Translations under genes and position numbers: made by a program | Shown here: piece by piece, positions 61,790 through 64,000 of the stretch | How positions within the stretch are numbered: position 1 is the stretch's first letter | Layout of the letters: the number at the start of each line of letters is the position of its first letter | The notes under the pieces: model-generated | The model's database searches: none | The model's input: the letters and a program-made list of their open reading frames with translations, nothing else | Told to the model about the DNA's origin: nothing | Origin: Anthoceros angustus | Lineage: Eukaryota > Plantae > Anthocerotophyta | Assembly: GCA_010909165.1 (NCBI GenBank) | Contig: MU008163.1 | Span: 806,001-870,000, forward strand | Direction of reading: 5' to 3' | DNA: 64,000 nucleotides

Positions 61790-63639
61790 CCGAGTTCTTT
61801 TCATTGATCCATTGAACTCGTACAAGTGGCTGTAAGGCAACCAGCACACAAGAGGGTCACCTTCTCTTCACAGCCACCATTTGAGAAGGTACCTTTGATT
61901 GTCTAGAATTGGAAGCCACGGTGAGATCACGATAGAGTGTAACGGTGGCTAAGAGCTGACAACCATTGTACCAAAGAATGCAACCCCAACTTTGAAGGCT
62001 TAGAAGCTTCAAGCTCTAAGTAATCCACACATGACCTGGACGACAAGGCTACAAATTTCCCACTTGTGAGGGAGATTAAATTACTCGCCTGGCAAGCTGC
62101 TAGCCTCCACTCACGAGAGACCACTGTGACAATCCTCGACCAACACAAACTTGGTCGCAAGGTAGAGATTGAAAGCCACTGTGAGGAGCTCACACCTCGA
62201 CCCTGCGAGGAGCTTGTGTTAGGAACACTTTGAAATGACAGTTTTACTTTTCACTATGAGGGCTAATGGCCCTGAGTGTTCCTACTGCTTTTGCTTTCGT
62301 GCAGCTAGTTTGTTTCTGCATTCTTCATAATTGTGACATAGAATTTGCAGTACTCGCAGATGGGCTTCTGAGAGGGGTTGTAGTTCCCTCTTCCTCTACT
62401 AAGATAGGTTCGTCTTTCTCGAAAATTGCCTCTGAAGTTATCGCATCCAGATCCCCTTCCTCTGAACCTGCCTCTTCCTGTGAAGAAGGCGCTGCAGGAG
62501 TTTCTCTAGAGAAGGCAAAAACTTTCCTTAATAAATGATTTTCTCTAGGATTGCATTTTGAATTTCCTCAATTTTATTTGCAGGAATTGATCTTGAGTAT
62601 GAAAAATTGGGCTACCTTGAGAGAGGGCCAAGATCGGTGGCTACTTTGTCCTTTATGTGTGCTGGAGAGAATTCAAGTGTCTCTATGTCAAAGTGCGTTG
62701 AGAATTGATGATTGTATCATTGTGGAAGGGTTAGAATTAGAATCTAGATATAACTCCAATCATAATTAGTGTGATCAACTATCCACTCAAGCTCATCTCT
62801 TCACCTATGAGCACCAGGACCGAGCATGTCCTGATATGAGCAACCTGCCATAGGTCCTCATTGGCCTCTTTAAGGTATAATTATTCTCCATGTATCCTCT
62901 GCCATTCAATTTGTTGAGCGAGTCTGTTAGCAAACCTGTGAAGGCACTGGCAGGGCTGATGGCCTGACATCAATGTGCGATGCGTGCAATTCATAATCGC
63001 CAAGGTGCTCTGATACCATATTTACGTTCAAGCAAGGAAGCACGCTAGATTCGACTGATCCATTGACAGAATATGAAATGTTGTAATAGGCAGGGAGTGT
63101 GCCCAAACGTTATGTTCAATAACCATTTCTCCTATTATCGATGGGTATCTGTCGAAAAACGAAACGTGCCTTAAAGGGCTAGAGGCTATCAACTTAACAA
63201 AGCTCGCTCCTCGACCCTGCGAGAAGCTCACACCTTAAGCTTGTGAGGTGCTCATACCTCGCAAGCTCCCCCGAACTCGAGGAGCTCACACCCCACAAGG
63301 CTTGAGAGAAGTTCGCTACAAGTCGTGGTGTAGTGAGCTTCGAGTTTTACACATGTATTTAATCATTCAGGTCCAAAGAGCAAGTAGTCAGTGGAAGACC
63401 TCTTCATGGATTGCATATTGTGGGACACACCATTTGCAGCCTGCTTGTAAGGATTTTCTAGACACAGTCTAAGATGAATGTTTTTAATTGTTCATAAGGT
63501 GTGCACAAGGCTTGAGAATTAGAATACAAGTCTGCCTACACCAAGTTTCTTATGGAGTGGAATCTTGGGGATTGATGGCAGCATCTTAATGCAAAGAGAT
63601 CAGAGTGCAATGCAGACTTGCATGTTTTGTTTTTTAGCG

Positions 63640-64000
63640 CTATTCTCTTTTTATCATAAAAACAAAGGATATATACAGAACGACAAAATTATATACCCCT
63701 AGTGGATATGAAAGGGTGGATATGCCCTAAGGAGTGGGAAGAACAGCCTACATTAAACTACTAGAGGAGCCGAGTCGGCAGCACTAAAAGGCCCCTTTGA
63801 GTTGCGGGGATTGATGGCCATTTCCTTTCACTAAAGGAATTCCTTCAGCGTGCGCTTTGTCAAATGACACTTCAACCAATCGAGGACCTGCCTCTTAAGG
63901 CTGGACGATAAAAGCAGTCCACTTGCTCAAGCCTACAAGGATGCCGGTGAGCTTGCTTTGGCTTTAAGAGCTACAGCGTTAGCTTCTGTAATCCGAAGTT
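63640..64000 (-). mobile_element. Possible 3' end of a LINE-like retroelement running off the window
   Basis: Minus-strand Trp/basic-rich degenerate coding-like stretch ending in an A-rich tail (tgataaaaag). No diagnostic RT motif is visible. Confidence 0.3.

Noticed and set aside
61900-63500. Protein-coding gene in the right-hand end
   Set aside because: Only short, stop-ridden ORFs and small repeats; probably old TE debris that I cannot classify.

Overview
Eukaryotic plant nuclear DNA with GC-rich exons, short GT-AG introns and tight gene spacing. A DYW:KP-type PPR gene suggests a non-flowering land plant of the hornwort/lycophyte/fern group, most plausibly a hornwort (inference). From left to right: a degenerate, internally duplicated CACTA transposase and two PPT+LTR remnants (1-5 kb); then a compact gene block (5-28 kb) with a 9-exon CYP85-clan P450, an LhgO/animal-type L-2-hydroxyglutarate dehydrogenase, a PLS-E-DYW:KP PPR (candidate U-to-C editing factor), a class-3 lipase, presenilin, RPN9, a serine carboxypeptidase-like (SCPL) gene and an EMB2737-like gene. 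A complete PIF/Harbinger element (28562-41114, TIRs plus AAT TSD) follows; its transposase intron holds an unclassified repeat, which in turn holds a full-length Copia element (31248-38867, TSD TATTC). Next come a PPR pseudogene and a second full-length Copia with non-canonical TG..TA ends and unequal LTRs (43847-50978, TSD AGAGT). The right end carries a tandem array of three intact SCPL paralogs plus an orphan exon (51-61 kb); two of these paralogs have Asp in place of the catalytic Ser. All exon coordinates and family calls were made by eye, with no database searches.
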